A DNA stretch of 64,000 bases from Candidatus Nanopelagicales bacterium (lineage in GTDB: Bacteria; Actinomycetota; Actinomycetes; Nanopelagicales; Nanopelagicaceae). The notes beneath the pieces were generated by a model. That model did not search any database. It saw only the letters and a list, made by a program, of their open reading frames with translations, and was not told the DNA's origin. This document shows, piece by piece, positions 62,636-64,000 of the stretch. The stretch lies in assembly GCA_038214925.1 (NCBI GenBank), contig JBBQRL010000001.1:18117-82116 (forward strand), in the 5' to 3' direction. The position numbers were made by a program, and so were the translations under genes. Position 1 is the first letter of the stretch; the number at the start of each line of letters is the position of its first letter.

Positions 62636-63396
62636 CTGTTGTGGGCCGGGCAGATTTTTTTAAAATAACACCAATCGCACAGTTTCGTTGGGCGAGGCGG
62701 CCAGTAATCCTTTTCGATTGAAATAAAAATATCATTAGCCACTCGTTGCAAAGTTTTTTCAGTGGATTCAAGTTGAGCCATTGTTGGATTACTTTTCACT
62801 AATTTTCCATCACCAAGATAAATTAGTTGTAATAGCCGGGGGAGTACCCCGTTGTTCTTCCAGTAAAGCAGCGCATAAACACGAAGTTGAAATAACGCTT
62901 TCTCTTCCCATCCCGGTTTTGGCGCTTTTCCTGACTTATAGTCGACGATTCTAACTTCACCAGTGGCCGCGACATCAAGTCGGTCAACGTAACCATGGAG
63001 ATAAATATTTTCAGCAAAATCATTTTCTAGATGAATCTCGCGAAAGGTAGCATCAAATGAAGTTGGATCTTCGACGGTGAAATACGTGGCAAGCAAAGAA
63101 CCGGCCCGATCTAGCCACTCCTTCTCATTTGTAACCATTTCAAGGAGTTCTGGTTTCTTTGCCAATTGCGCGGCCCAACTAGCTGGCAAAAGATCTATCG
63201 CTGTTTGTGGTGTCCGCTCCGTGGCTGGAGATTCAAATAGATCGTGAAGAACAGTATGTATTAACGTTCCGCGTTCGGCATCAAGTGAGGGTGGTTCTGG
63301 AAGTTTGTCGATCTTGCGGTAGCGATAAAGAAGTGGGCAATTTTCATATTCCGAGACGGCACTTGGCGATAATCGCAAGGGTTGATTAATACTCAC
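62632..63396 (-). CDS. PD-(D/E)XK nuclease, RecB/Cas4-like with 4-Cys cluster
   Basis: ..GYVDRLD...IVDYKSGK.. (D..D/ExK) plus Cys in ..YENCPLLY.. and C-terminal CDWCYFKKIC. The ORF is open to a TTG at 63435. The GTG at 63396 is preferred because TATCTT lies 7 nt upstream. Confidence 0.8.
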   Translation of the reverse strand: MSINQPLRLSPSAVSEYENCPLLYRYRKIDKLPEPPSLDAERGTLIHTVLHDLFESPATERTPQTAIDLLPASWAAQLAKKPELLEMVTNEKEWLDRAGSLLATYFTVEDPTSFDATFREIHLENDFAENIYLHGYVDRLDVAATGEVRIVDYKSGKAPKPGWEEKALFQLRVYALLYWKNNGVLPRLLQLIYLGDGKLVKSNPTMAQLESTEKTLQRVANDIFISIEKDYWPPRPTKLCDWCYFKKICPAHNS

Positions 63397-63447
63397 GAGG
63401 ATGAAGATACCCCCACTTGCATAGAGAGTTTCCAATAAGATAGTGCC

Positions 63448-64000
63448 GTGTCTAACTTAGGTTATTTTGCAGCTGGAGATCGGGTTCAATTAACCGACCC
63501 AAAAGGAAAGTTGTACAGTTTTTCAATCGTTCCTGGTAAAGAATGGCACACACATAAAGGGTGGATCACCCACGATGATTTAATCGGCATGCCAGAGGGT
63601 TCAGTTGTCAGTACAACTGCCGGTCTTAAGTTCACTGCATTCAAACCTCTATTAGCCGATTATGTATTGACCATGCCACGTGGTGCAACGATCGTTTATC
63701 CAAAAGATGCCGCCATGATTCTTGGCGTTGCCGATATTTATCCAGGAGCCCGGGTTCTGGAAGCTGGCGTTGGCAGCGGTGCTTTAACGATTTCATTATT
63801 ACGCGCGGTGGGAACCACCGGAACAGTTCATTCCGTTGAACGTCGCGCCGATTTTGCGGAGAACGCACGATCAAATGTGGGTGATTATTTTCAGGGAGAG
63901 CATTCAAATTGGAGTTTAGTTGTCGGTGATTTACAGGATCAAGAATTTGATTCGCAGTTTGATCGCGTAGTTCTGGATATGTTGGCACCATGGGAGTGCG
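63448..64000 (+). CDS. trmI: tRNA (adenine58-N1)-methyltransferase TrmI, N-terminal part (3' end outside window)
   Basis: My own translation from the GTG at 63448: VSNLGYFAAGDRVQLTDPKGK...MPRGATIVYPKDAAMILGVADIYPGARVLEAGVGSGALT...VVLDMLAPWEC. This is near-collinear with mycobacterial TrmI as I recall it. It is absent from the ORF track because no stop falls in the window. Confidence 0.9.
   Translation, partial: MSNLGYFAAGDRVQLTDPKGKLYSFSIVPGKEWHTHKGWITHDDLIGMPEGSVVSTTAGLKFTAFKPLLADYVLTMPRGATIVYPKDAAMILGVADIYPGARVLEAGVGSGALTISLLRAVGTTGTVHSVERRADFAENARSNVGDYFQGEHSNWSLVVGDLQDQEFDSQFDRVVLDMLAPWEC

Overview
This window is a tightly packed, almost entirely housekeeping chromosome segment of an actinobacterium. 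I count about 66 CDS, one tRNA and one clear intrinsic terminator. I found no rRNA, CRISPR array, IS or transposase, integrase, toxin-antitoxin pair or recognisable defence genes.

Gene order: yebC-ruvCAB, secDF, relA, hisS-aspS, alaS-ruvX-mltG, aroE-(prepilin peptidase)-aroCKBQ, efp-nusB, bldD, pyrR-pyrB-pyrC-carAB-pyrKDF, mihF/gmk-rpoZ-coaBC-metK-priA-def-fmt-rsmB-rpe, hisEG, serB, mshC with its conserved neighbours, PAC2-metH and the RecB-like nuclease next to trmI. From memory, this order mirrors the Mycobacterium and Streptomyces core.

The GC content (mid-40s % by eye), very short spacers and many overlapping genes suggest a genome-streamlined freshwater lineage (acI/Nanopelagicales-like). 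That is inference only.

The only non-syntenic, accessory-like stretch is roughly 44.9-54.4 kb. It holds a purine permease, two small membrane proteins, adh, tdk, an acyltransferase-3/SGNH gene, apt, tRNA-Leu, an M20 peptidase and an aldo/keto reductase.

I could not identify a convincing new multi-gene accessory or defence system. The best candidates for something undescribed are:
- A tRNA-Leu(GAG) whose 3' end lies 1 nt from the apt start codon, heading a tRNA-led operon.
- The translationally coupled histidine-phosphatase / DUF3090 / SCO1664-family kinase-like triad upstream of mshC, of unknown function. Its phosphatase is a possible candidate for the missing mycothiol MshA2 step.
- Genome-architecture signatures. 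Six of eight convergent gene pairs share a 4-nt TTAR stop/stop overlap, and TANNNT-N6-8-start geometry recurs at first genes, implying leaderless mRNAs.
- Domain-architecture variants: an mIHF-Gmk fusion ORF and a SerB split into ACT and phosphatase ORFs.
- A BldD homologue with an intact c-di-GMP-binding signature.

All homology statements come from reading the translated ORFs and from memory of the families. No database search was run.
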